A DNA stretch of 64,000 nt from Akkermansiaceae bacterium. GTDB lineage: Bacteria > Gemmatimonadota > Gemmatimonadetes > Palauibacterales > Palauibacteraceae. The stretch lies in assembly GCA_964195715.1 (NCBI GenBank), contig CAXMRU010000224.1:13601-77600 (forward strand), given 5' to 3'. The translations under genes and the position numbers were made by a program. Below the pieces are notes generated by a model. That model was not told the origin of the DNA. It saw nothing but the letters and a program-made list of their open reading frames with translations, and did not search any database. Of this stretch, positions 1-9,740 are shown piece after piece; position 1 is the stretch's first letter, and the number at the start of each line of letters is the position of its first letter.

Positions 1-336
1 AAGATTGGTCTCCAGCACCGCCTCCCAATCCTCGTCCTTGAGACGCACAAGGATGTTATCGCGCGTGATTCCAGCGTTGTTGACCAGGATGTCGACCGGA
101 CCGAGGCTCTCCTCCACGGCCGCTACCAGATCACGGCAGGCTTCGGAATCCGCTACATCGCACGCGAATCCGGCACCCCGGCCTTCCAATCCGTCAACCA
201 CCGCCTCCGCGCGGTCGGAGGATCTCGCAACCACGGCGACCGAAGCACCCGCTCGGCTCAGCTCCTCGGCTATGGCCCGCCCGATTCCGCGCGAACCGCC
301 GGTAACGATCGCGACACGGCCCTCGAGTTCACGCAC
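1..336 (-). CDS. fabG: 3-oxoacyl-[acyl-carrier-protein] reductase FabG, 5' part only; gene continues beyond the window start
   Basis: Reverse-strand translation reads VRELEGRVAIVTGGSRGIGRAIAEELSRAGA..., the Rossmann GxxxGxG N-terminus of short-chain dehydrogenases of FabG type. Putative GTG start at 334-336 overlaps the fabD stop by 8 nt. It sits downstream of fabD as in canonical fab clusters. Confidence 0.8.
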   Translation of the reverse strand, partial: MRELEGRVAIVTGGSRGIGRAIAEELSRAGASVAVVARSSDRAEAVVDGLEGRGAGFACDVADSEACRDLVAAVEESLGPVDILVNNAGITRDNILVRLKDEDWEAVLETNL

Positions 337-1282
337 CCTCGTCCTCCTCCAGGATCTCGTCAAGATTGTCGAGGTCATCCGGACCCCCGATCGCGCGAGT
401 CTCTTGATCGCGGCCGATACGCCTCATCAGTCCGCTCAGCACCTGCCCCGGCCCTATTTCCAGCCACAGAGCCGGATTCTCCGCGCGCATGGTTTGGACG
501 CATTCTACCCACCGCACCGGTGACGTCAACTGCTCGATCAGCAATTCGCGCGCGTCCGAGGCCTCCGTAACCAGAGAGGCCGAGGCGTTCGCCACGACCG
601 GAAACCGCGGGGCACGAAGATCTACATCTGCCAGCGCATCGGCCAGTCCTTCCCGTGCCTCCGCCATGAGCGGCGAGTGGAAGGCCCCGCTGACGTTGAG
701 CGGGATCGCCCGTTTCGCCCCGGCCTCCAATGCTCTCTCACGAGCCGCATCGACCGCGGCGATGTCTCCGCTGATTACGATCTGTCCCGGAGCGTTGTAG
801 TTCGCGGGAACGACGGTACCGGACGACTCGTCAGCACACACGCGGAGTACCGCCTCCGCATCCAACCCGATGATTGCGGCCATGGTACCCGGACGGGCCG
901 ATCCGGCCGTTCCCATGAGCTCGCCGCGACGCCGCACCAAACGTAGGGCGTCATCGAAACGGAGTGTCCCGGCGGCCAGATACGCCGAGAACTCGCCGAG
1001 AGAGTGTCCCGCGGCAACGGTCGCCCTGCTCCGCACCGAGTCCGGCAGACATCTCCACACGGCGTAGCTGTGCAGCAGTATCGCCGGCTGAGCGTTCTGC
1101 GTGCGAGTCAGCTCCTCCTCCGACCCCTCCCAGCAAATATGCCGTAAGTCATAGCCAAGGATATCGTTGGCTTCTTCATACAGAGCCGCTGCCGACGCGT
1201 AGCGCGTGGCCAGATCCTGGCCCATTCCCACGTATTGGGAGCCCTGTCCCGGCAGCAGGAACGCGATTCTCTTCAATGACAT
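329..1282 (-). CDS. fabD: malonyl CoA-acyl carrier protein transacylase
   Basis: 317 aa. LLPGQGSQYVGMG N-terminus, GHSLGE active-site serine motif and a GAFHS-type histidine region are typical of FabD. Confidence 0.9.
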   Translation of the reverse strand: MSLKRIAFLLPGQGSQYVGMGQDLATRYASAAALYEEANDILGYDLRHICWEGSEEELTRTQNAQPAILLHSYAVWRCLPDSVRSRATVAAGHSLGEFSAYLAAGTLRFDDALRLVRRRGELMGTAGSARPGTMAAIIGLDAEAVLRVCADESSGTVVPANYNAPGQIVISGDIAAVDAARERALEAGAKRAIPLNVSGAFHSPLMAEAREGLADALADVDLRAPRFPVVANASASLVTEASDARELLIEQLTSPVRWVECVQTMRAENPALWLEIGPGQVLSGLMRRIGRDQETRAIGGPDDLDNLDEILEEDEGA

Positions 1283-1339
1283 GGGTCCGTTCAGCCTCCG
1301 GTACCGCCGTGGTCGTTTCCGCGTTTCCCTGCCCGCTCT

Positions 1340-2350
1340 TCACTGCCGTCTGATTCGCCGCCACGCGCGCGCCGTGCGGCTCAGCGAGCTCAGGTCCGCC
1401 GCCATGTCTTCGACCATTCCCGTCTCCACACACGTCGACGCCACCCGAATCGCGTTCTTGATCGCACGCGGGGGGGACGCACCGTGGCAGATCACGGAAA
1501 CGCCGTTGACCCCGAGGAGAGGGGCCCCTCCATACTCGATGTAGTCCAGGGCCGCATCGATCTCCTGGAAAGCTTCCCTCCAGACCGCCGGGTCGAGCTT
1601 GCGTTCGAGCATACCTGACATGAAACCCGCGACCGACTCGTAGAACTTGAGGAGCACGTTCCCGACAAATCCGTCGCAGACGAGTACGTCGCAAGCCCCC
1701 CTGATGATCTGATGCCCTTCGACGTTACCGACGAAGTTGAGGTGCGAGTCCTCCTGAAGCAGCCGGTACGTCGCGACCACCCGGTTGCCACCCTTGCCCG
1801 GCTCAGTGCCAACATTCAGCAAACCGACCCGGGGTCGATCCAACCCGAGGAGAGCTCGCATGTACACCGAGCCGAGGTGAGCGAACTGGAGGAGATGCGA
1901 CGGGCGCGTATCCACGTTGGCACCCCCGTCGACCACGAGCGTGGGCTCGCCCGCGGTCGGGAATACCGTACCCACCGTAGGTCGCTCCACTCCGGGAAGC
2001 ATCCCCAGCAGAAACCGCGACGCTGCCATCACGGCGCCCGTCGGGCCCGCGCTGATAAACGCGTCGGCCGTACCCTGTCGAAGAAGGTCCAGGCCGACGA
2101 CGATCGAACTGTCGGGCTTGCGCCGAATCGCCCTCACCGGAGATTCGTGCATCTCGACCACTTCGCTCGCCGGGACGATCCCGATGCCATCAGGAAGATC
2201 CGCCGGAAGGTCCGCCTTGAGTCTATCGGGGTCACCGACCAGAGCGACGCTGAAGTGGCCAGGCCACTCCCTGACAGCCGATAGCGCCCCTTCGATCATA
2301 GCTCGAGGCGCGCCGTCTCCTCCCATCGCGTCCAACGCGATGCGGTTCAT
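1340..2350 (-). CDS. plsX: phosphate acyltransferase PlsX
   Basis: 336 aa. MNRIALDAMGGD... start, and GAVMAA and GLLNVGTE regions are typical of PlsX. Located between rpmF and fabD. Confidence 0.9.
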   Translation of the reverse strand: MNRIALDAMGGDGAPRAMIEGALSAVREWPGHFSVALVGDPDRLKADLPADLPDGIGIVPASEVVEMHESPVRAIRRKPDSSIVVGLDLLRQGTADAFISAGPTGAVMAASRFLLGMLPGVERPTVGTVFPTAGEPTLVVDGGANVDTRPSHLLQFAHLGSVYMRALLGLDRPRVGLLNVGTEPGKGGNRVVATYRLLQEDSHLNFVGNVEGHQIIRGACDVLVCDGFVGNVLLKFYESVAGFMSGMLERKLDPAVWREAFQEIDAALDYIEYGGAPLLGVNGVSVICHGASPPRAIKNAIRVASTCVETGMVEDMAADLSSLSRTARAWRRIRRQ

Positions 2351-2377
2351 CTCAGACCTGGCCCGACCGCGGCCGGA

Positions 2378-2560
2378 TCAGAACTCTTCGGTACGGATGA
2401 CCTCCCGCTCGCCGTAGTGACCGCACGACGGGCACACACGGTGAGGCCGGCGAGGATCGCCGCACCTCGGACAGGCCTGGTGAGCGGTAGCCGCCGCCAC
2501 GTGATGCGTGCGACGCTTGCGCTTGCGCTGCTTCGATGTCCGTCTCTTGGGTACCGCCAT
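2378..2560 (-). CDS. rpmF: 50S ribosomal protein L32
   Basis: 60 aa beginning MAVPKRRTSKQRKRKRR, with CPRCG...CPSCG zinc-ribbon cysteines. It sits between yceD-like and plsX in the classical position. Confidence 0.9.
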   Translation of the reverse strand: MAVPKRRTSKQRKRKRRTHHVAAATAHQACPRCGDPRRPHRVCPSCGHYGEREVIRTEEF

Positions 2561-2571
2561 GATACGAACCC

Positions 2572-3171
2572 CTATCCTTCGTTACTGTCGTCTTCGCCAT
2601 CCGGCTCGAGAGCGCCCGGCTGCCCGTCCGGCACCAATTCCCTCAGCACGTCCCAGCGCGGATCCCCTTGCTCGCTCACGCAGTCGCAAGTTGACTCGTT
2701 CAGGTCTGCACCACAGCGGGAGCAGAACCCAAGGCACTCGTCCCGGCAAACCGGATAGTCCGGAATGGCAAGGTACAGTTCCTCTCGAAGCGGCCGAGAC
2801 AGGTCCAGACTTGCAGCGTCCGGGTCCATTCCGAACACGCCTTGCTCTTCCTGCCATGCCTCGACAGTCGGGTCGAACCTCAGATCGAAGTCGATCTCGA
2901 CCGGCCACTCCAACTCCCTCACGCAGCGACGACAGTCCACGAGGAGAACTGCCTCGAAACGACCCGTCACGCGCACGCCGCCGTGCCCTCCGGCCTCTGC
3001 CCGGTATCTGAGCGCGGGGCTGCCGACTACCCGCAGGGTCTCCAGCCCCCAGGTCGCCGGATCGCCCGGCACGTCTCCCGACCACTCCACCGGTCCCAAG
3101 CGAAGCCGGTCAAGGTCAATGCGACCACCTGGAAAGCCTTTATCCATAGTGCAGAAAAGACATTCTGTCAA
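2572..3171 (-). CDS. DUF177 / YceD-family protein (large-subunit rRNA accumulation protein), acidic C-terminus with Cys pairs
   Basis: 199 aa. CRRCV...CSRCGADLNESTCDC cysteine pairs and an acidic tail are typical of YceD. The position immediately upstream of rpmF is conserved. Confidence 0.7.
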   Translation of the reverse strand: MTECLFCTMDKGFPGGRIDLDRLRLGPVEWSGDVPGDPATWGLETLRVVGSPALRYRAEAGGHGGVRVTGRFEAVLLVDCRRCVRELEWPVEIDFDLRFDPTVEAWQEEQGVFGMDPDAASLDLSRPLREELYLAIPDYPVCRDECLGFCSRCGADLNESTCDCVSEQGDPRWDVLRELVPDGQPGALEPDGEDDSNEG

Positions 3172-3188
3172 TCGGAGAGGTCACCGGA

Positions 3189-3623
3189 CTACCCCTGCAA
3201 ACGCTCCGCGCCAGTGAAGAAGAAGGCGATCTCGATGTCGGAGTTCTCCGGAGAGTCGGAAGCGTGAATTGCATTTCGTTCCTTGCTCTCGGCGTACAGC
3301 GCCCTCACGGTGCCTTCGTCGGCCTCGGCGGGGTCCGTGGCCCCAATGACTTGCCTGAGGTAAGGCACCGCGTCCGCTCGCCTCAGTAACAGTGGCATAC
3401 AGGGCCCCGACGTCATGAATTTCACGAGCGAGCCGAAGAACGGTCTCACTCGGTGTACGGCGTAGAAGCTCTCTGCTTCGGATCGGCTGAGCGTGCTCAC
3501 GCGGGCTGCCACGACCTGGAACCCGGCAGCCTCGAGGTGAGCGATAATACTGCCCGCCTTTCCAGACCCGAACGCATCGGGCTTGATGATCGCAAGTGTG
3601 TCCGACTCGTTCATGCCCAGCAT
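3189..3623 (-). CDS. ndk: nucleoside diphosphate kinase
   Basis: TLAIIKPDA, NAIHASDS and other Ndk hallmarks. The true start is probably the second Met (MNESDTLAII...), so the protein is about 140 aa. Confidence 0.9.
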   Translation of the reverse strand: MLGMNESDTLAIIKPDAFGSGKAGSIIAHLEAAGFQVVAARVSTLSRSEAESFYAVHRVRPFFGSLVKFMTSGPCMPLLLRRADAVPYLRQVIGATDPAEADEGTVRALYAESKERNAIHASDSPENSDIEIAFFFTGAERLQG

Positions 3624-3632
3624 CCCTTTCTA

Positions 3633-4508
3633 TTATTCCTTGAGTCCCGACTCTACAAGTCCCACCAGATCTGCAGGCCTCTCAGCCACCGCGATGCCGC
3701 AGTCGCGGAACACCTTCACCTTCTCGGCCGCCGTACCTTCCGAACCCGAGATGATGGCCCCGGCGTGTCCCATGCGGCGACCCGGCGGCGCCGTCTGTCC
3801 AGCGATGAACCCGACCACGGGCTTCGACATGTGATCCCGCACAAACGCGGCGGCCACCTGCTCGTCCGTCCCACCGATCTCCCCGATCATCGCCACAGCC
3901 CTGGTCTCCGGGTCCGCCTCGAACGCCCGCAGACAATCGACGAAGTCCGTCCCGATCAGCGGGTCCCCGCCGATCCCGACGCATGTGGACTGCCCGATTC
4001 CCTGTCTCGTGAACTGGAATATCACCTCGTAGGTCAACGTGCCTGATCGGCTCACGATCCCCACGGGACCCGGCGCCACGATCTGACCCGGCAGGATCCC
4101 CACCTTTCCGATGCCCGGCGCGATTAGTCCGGGGCAGTTCGGTCCGATCAGCCGCGCACCCTTATCCCGCACGTAGAGGAGAGCCCTCATCGTATCGGCC
4201 ACCGGTACGCCTTCTGTGATGCACACGATGAGATCGACGCCGGCATCGGCCGCCTCGAAGATGGCGCTCGAGGCAAAAGCCGCCGGTACGTAGATCACAC
4301 TCGCATTCGCCTCCGTCTCCTCGACCGCAGCGGCCACCGTGTCGAACACTGGCACCGATCCGTCGAACGTCTGACCGCCCTTACCGGGCGTGACTCCAGC
4401 CACCACTTTCGTGCCGTACTCTATCATCTGGCGCGCGTGGAACGAGCCGTCCCGGCCCGTGATCCCCTGCACGACCAGGCGCGTGCTACCGTCAATGAAA
4501 ATGCTCAT
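3633..4508 (-). CDS. sucD: succinate--CoA ligase (ADP-forming) alpha subunit
   Basis: 291 aa. [19 protein letters not shown] and SRSGTLTYE CoA-binding/His-phosphorylation motifs. Immediately downstream of sucC. Confidence 0.95.
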   Translation of the reverse strand: MSIFIDGSTRLVVQGITGRDGSFHARQMIEYGTKVVAGVTPGKGGQTFDGSVPVFDTVAAAVEETEANASVIYVPAAFASSAIFEAADAGVDLIVCITEGVPVADTMRALLYVRDKGARLIGPNCPGLIAPGIGKVGILPGQIVAPGPVGIVSRSGTLTYEVIFQFTRQGIGQSTCVGIGGDPLIGTDFVDCLRAFEADPETRAVAMIGEIGGTDEQVAAAFVRDHMSKPVVGFIAGQTAPPGRRMGHAGAIISGSEGTAAEKVKVFRDCGIAVAERPADLVGLVESGLKE

Positions 4509-4549
4509 GCCTTCAGATCCTCTTCTGATCCGTCACGGTTCCTGTGAGA

Positions 4550-5692
<1,143 letters not shown>

Positions 5693-5716
5693 GACTGACC
5701 CTGCCGTCTCTCGTGT

Positions 5717-6691
5717 TTACTCAAACTCACCGGACGGTCTGACGTCCGGAGTGATCGTCGTTCCCGACTTCCCGGCCAGGCCGGCCGGACCGTCGTGCAG
5801 CGCCGCAATAATCGCCCTCTCCCCACCCTCTTGAACGAAATGTACGGCTGCCTCCACTTTGGGACCCATGCTGCCAGCCCCCAAAGCCCCGGCGTCCAAC
5901 ATGGCTCGCCCCTCCGACGCCGACATCCGGGAAATCAGCCTGGCGTCGGGCCTGCCCCAGTTCTCGTACACCCCGTCTACGTCGGTCAGGATGAGCAGGA
6001 TCGAAGCGCCGATCTCGCGACCGAGCAGCGCTGCGGCTCGATCCTTGTCGACCACCGCGTCCACCCCCTCCAGACCGAGTTGCGGATCCCGGTACACAGG
6101 TATGCCGCCGCCGCCCGCGGCGATGACGATATCCCCACGGGCCACGAGCTCGGCCACCATCGTGGACTCGCAGATCTCCACGGGAACGGGACTCGGCACC
6201 CGTCGCCGCAGGTTGCCCCGTGAGTCCGTCTCGATCATGATGCCCTCGTCTCTCAGCTCCTCCGCCACTCCCGGCCGAATCCCCCGGCCGATGAACTTGG
6301 TCGGCGCACGCATCGACGGATCGTCACGATCGACGAGCGACTGCGTGATCAGGGTCACGACACGCCTGTGGCTTCCCGCGGCATGAAGAGCGTTCTGGAG
6401 CGACTGCTGAATCATGTAGCCGATCCAACCCGCAGTCGCGGCGACCAGCACCCCCAGAGGAAGCTGTTCAACTTTCGACCTGGCAACTTCGTTCCTCTGC
6501 AGCTCGTCTCCGACCTGAGGCCCGTTTCCGTGCACGACCGCAATCCGCCAGCCCTGCAGGGCCAGGCCAACGATCGACTCCATGCTCTCGCGCGTGTGCC
6601 GGAATTGATTCGTGATCGATGACGACTCGCCCGACGGGGACAGGGCGTTGCCCCCGATGGCGACGACGACAGACCGCCCCTTCTGGCTCAC
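5717..6691 (-). CDS. arcC: carbamate kinase (amino-acid kinase family)
   Basis: VVVAIGGNAL near the N-terminus, VVHGNGPQVG, and the C-terminal MGPKVEAA...GTTI are typical of carbamate kinase. The track start at 6760 would overlap the upstream gene by 62 nt. A GTG at 6689-6691, with a GGGGAG Shine-Dalgarno-like run upstream, sits 8 nt after the upstream stop and is preferred. Confidence 0.75.
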   Translation of the reverse strand: MSQKGRSVVVAIGGNALSPSGESSSITNQFRHTRESMESIVGLALQGWRIAVVHGNGPQVGDELQRNEVARSKVEQLPLGVLVAATAGWIGYMIQQSLQNALHAAGSHRRVVTLITQSLVDRDDPSMRAPTKFIGRGIRPGVAEELRDEGIMIETDSRGNLRRRVPSPVPVEICESTMVAELVARGDIVIAAGGGGIPVYRDPQLGLEGVDAVVDKDRAAALLGREIGASILLILTDVDGVYENWGRPDARLISRMSASEGRAMLDAGALGAGSMGPKVEAAVHFVQEGGERAIIAALHDGPAGLAGKSGTTITPDVRPSGEFE

Positions 6692-6698
6692 GGCGGCT

Positions 6699-8078
6699 TC
6701 AGCTCCCCGCGAGCTCGGGGACGGCAACCCCTTCCTCGCCCAGGTATCCGGCCACCTCATCGCGAATGTGCCGCAAACCGTCGACCGTATCCGCCTCGAA
6801 CCGCAGCACGATCACCGGCTGCGTATTGCTCGCTCGAATCAAGGCCCATCCTTCGTCGAACTCGATCCGCGCGCCGTCGATGTCGTTCACGCGATGGCTC
6901 GCCTGGTAGTGCTCGACAGCCCGGGCGACGAGTTCGAACTTCACGTCCTCGGCGCAGTCGACCCGGAGCTCCGGTGTCGACGGGTACGCCGGGATGGCCG
7001 CCGCGAGTTCGGAGAAACTCTTCCCGCTTCTCTGGACGAGCCCGGCCAGTCGGGCGGCCGCGTAGATTGCATCGTCAAAGCCGAAATAGTTATCAGCAAA
7101 ACAGATATGGCCACTCATCTCACCTGCAATGGGAGACCCTGACTCCTTCATACGCTCCTTGATCAGCGAGTGTCCCGTCTTCCACATGACGGGCACGCCC
7201 CCGGCGCGGGAGATCAACTCTGGCAGCGCCTTCGAACACTTGACGTCGAACACGATCTCCGCACCCGGGAATCGTGGCAGAGCATCCAGTGCGTAGAGAA
7301 GCAGCAGGTGGTCGCCCCGGACGATCCCACCGGTCTCAGTCACCGCCCCGATCCGGTCGGCATCCCCGTCCAGGCCTACTCCAAGGTCCGCCCCCGTGCT
7401 CGTCACTCGAGCGATCAGGTCGACGACATTCTCGTCCACCGTCGGATCGGGATGGTGGTTCGGGAAGGTGCCGTCGGACTCACAGTACAGACAGTCCACG
7501 TCTATCCCGGCCGCTTCGAGAGCCTGCGGTGCGATGACCGACCCCGTGCCGTTGCCACAGTCCAGGACCATCCGAACAGGTCCCTCCACCCTGGCTCTAC
7601 GACCTATCTCCCCGACGTACCCGTGCAGGATCTCGAGATGCTCCGTGACACCGGTACCGTCGAGATAACGATCCGCCTGGACCAGCTCTCGCAACTCCTG
7701 AATGGCGTTCCCGTACAGGGACCGATCGCCCACGATCATCTTGATCCCATTGTACTCGGGCGGATTGTGGGAGCCGGTGATCTGTATTCCGCCGTCCGTG
7801 GCCAGCTCTCCTGCAGCGTAGTAGAGAGCCGGCGTCGGCACCGTTCCGACGAACCGGACGTCGGCTCCAGCGGCGTTCAAGCCCGCCGAGAGAGCTTCAG
7901 CCAGTTCCGGCGAGCTCAGCCGGTTGTCGTGCCCGACAGCCACCGTCGGTCGTTCCAATTCTCGCCTCAACCGCGTGGCATACGCTCTCCCCACCGCCTC
8001 AACGACCTCGACCGTCAGGTCGTCCCCGACGATCCCCCGGATATCGTATTCCCTGAAGATGGTGCTCGAAACGTTCAT
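6699..8078 (-). CDS. phosphomannomutase / phosphoglucomutase (alpha-D-phosphohexomutase family)
   Basis: 459 aa. TGSHNPPEYNGIK phosphoserine loop, GVGLDGDADR metal-binding loop, and a GEMSGH-type sugar-binding region. Confidence 0.85.
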   Translation of the reverse strand: MNVSSTIFREYDIRGIVGDDLTVEVVEAVGRAYATRLRRELERPTVAVGHDNRLSSPELAEALSAGLNAAGADVRFVGTVPTPALYYAAGELATDGGIQITGSHNPPEYNGIKMIVGDRSLYGNAIQELRELVQADRYLDGTGVTEHLEILHGYVGEIGRRARVEGPVRMVLDCGNGTGSVIAPQALEAAGIDVDCLYCESDGTFPNHHPDPTVDENVVDLIARVTSTGADLGVGLDGDADRIGAVTETGGIVRGDHLLLLYALDALPRFPGAEIVFDVKCSKALPELISRAGGVPVMWKTGHSLIKERMKESGSPIAGEMSGHICFADNYFGFDDAIYAAARLAGLVQRSGKSFSELAAAIPAYPSTPELRVDCAEDVKFELVARAVEHYQASHRVNDIDGARIEFDEGWALIRASNTQPVIVLRFEADTVDGLRHIRDEVAGYLGEEGVAVPELAGS

Positions 8079-8181
8079 TGGGACTCGTGAGTAAGAGAAA
8101 TCCGATCCTTCCAGCGGACACCCCGTCAGCCGCCAGAGAGCGACCGGACGGGGCGCGGTCCGGGGCGGCTACCTGAGTTGA

Positions 8182-9723
8182 TCAGTCCGTGTTCGTCTCG
8201 ATCACTCCTGCGGGGGCCGCGGGCTGCGAAAGAGGGGTGACCTGACGCGGGCTCAAATCCTCGCCCGCGTATTCCGCCGTCCGAATCGCCCTGCCCGGAA
8301 AGAGCCCGGCGGCGAGTATCGCTACTGCCGCGACGACGGCAGCGAATCGGAAGGCGGCGCCCGGCACGGCGGGAAGTGGAGCGTCCGCGGGGGCCTCTTC
8401 GAAATACATCTTCCAGATGACTCGAAGGTAATAGTAGTAGGACACGAAGCTCGTGAGAACGAGAATTACTGCCAGCGTCACATGGCCGGAGTCCACGGCC
8501 GCCAGGAGCAGGTAAAGCTTCCCGATGAACCCACCGGTCGGCGGGAAGCCGGCCAACGAGAGGAGGAATACGGCGAGCAGTGCACCGAGTAGAGGCCGTC
8601 GCCATCCGAGACCCCGGTAGTCGGCCAGAGTGCCCCGGGAGTCTCCTTCGCCCGCTACCGCCCCTACGACCGCGAATGCTCCCAGCGTCATGACAGCGTA
8701 GACGGCCAGATAAAGAAGCACCGCGGATCGTCCCATCGAGCTACCCGCGACCACTCCCACGAGGAGATAGCCGGCGTGCGAGATGGATGAGTACGCCAGC
8801 ATCCGCTTCACATTGTCCTGTGCCAGAGCGATGAAGTTGGGAACGATCATCGTCAGGACGGCGAGCCACCACAGGATGGCCGTCCAGACCGACGCAGCGG
8901 GCGCGAGTTCGACAGTGACAATGCGAACCAAGGCCGCGAAGCCCGCCACCTTCACGCCGGCAGCCATGTATCCCGTTACGGGCGTGGGAGCGCCCTCATA
9001 CACGTCCGGGGTCCACATGTGGAACGGAACGATAGACACCTTGAATGCGAATCCGACCACGACCAGCGCCACCCCCGCAAACAGCAGTAAGTTGCCATCC
9101 GCTGCCCCGCGTGCCACTTCGGAAGTCACGAGCGCCAGATTCGTGCTTCCCGTGGCCCCGAACAGCAGCGCGATCCCGTAGAGCAGGAATCCGCTCGCGA
9201 AGGCTCCCATCAGGAAGTACTTGAGGGCTGCCTCGGACGACCTGGGATCGCTCCGGTTAAAGCCCGTGAGAACGTAAACCGACAGCGACATGAGCTCGAG
9301 CGAGACGAACACAACGATGAGATCACGTGATCCCGAGAGGAGCATCATCCCGATGGACGCCATCAGCACCAGGAAATAGAACTCCCCGACGTCCAGCCCC
9401 TCACGCCTGAGATAATCGAAGGCCAACAGAAAGCTGAGGAGTGTAGCTCCGAGAATCACGAAGTTCGTCCCGACCCGGAACCCGTCCATCGCGATCATTC
9501 CACTTCGAAGCGGCGCCTCGATGCCCGCCACGTACCCGTTGGCCAGGAGGGCCAACAGGACGCCGGCGACGGCCGTCCACCGAACCCAGGCGCGGCTCGG
9601 CCCCGAGCGGTCGCCACGCTGGAACACATCCAGGGCCAGAACCAGAAGACCCGTTGCAGCAAGGACGACCTCGGGCAGGAGCGCCCACAGGTAGTCGATC
9701 GGAGAGCTGAAGTCCAGGATCAC
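8182..9723 (-). CDS. nuoN: NADH-quinone oxidoreductase subunit N
   Basis: 513 aa polytopic antiporter-like subunit. Last gene of the nuo operon. Confidence 0.9.
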   Translation of the reverse strand: MILDFSSPIDYLWALLPEVVLAATGLLVLALDVFQRGDRSGPSRAWVRWTAVAGVLLALLANGYVAGIEAPLRSGMIAMDGFRVGTNFVILGATLLSFLLAFDYLRREGLDVGEFYFLVLMASIGMMLLSGSRDLIVVFVSLELMSLSVYVLTGFNRSDPRSSEAALKYFLMGAFASGFLLYGIALLFGATGSTNLALVTSEVARGAADGNLLLFAGVALVVVGFAFKVSIVPFHMWTPDVYEGAPTPVTGYMAAGVKVAGFAALVRIVTVELAPAASVWTAILWWLAVLTMIVPNFIALAQDNVKRMLAYSSISHAGYLLVGVVAGSSMGRSAVLLYLAVYAVMTLGAFAVVGAVAGEGDSRGTLADYRGLGWRRPLLGALLAVFLLSLAGFPPTGGFIGKLYLLLAAVDSGHVTLAVILVLTSFVSYYYYLRVIWKMYFEEAPADAPLPAVPGAAFRFAAVVAAVAILAAGLFPGRAIRTAEYAGEDLSPRQVTPLSQPAAPAGVIETNTD

Positions 9724-9740
9724 CTGTCTATCCTCTCAGT

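Noticed and set aside
5-523. 172-aa plus-strand ORF at the window start
   Set aside because: It overlaps the fabG 5' region and fabD 3' end on the opposite strand, and the Ser/Thr/Ala/Arg-rich product has no motif. The minus strand here encodes the classic FabG Rossmann N-terminus.
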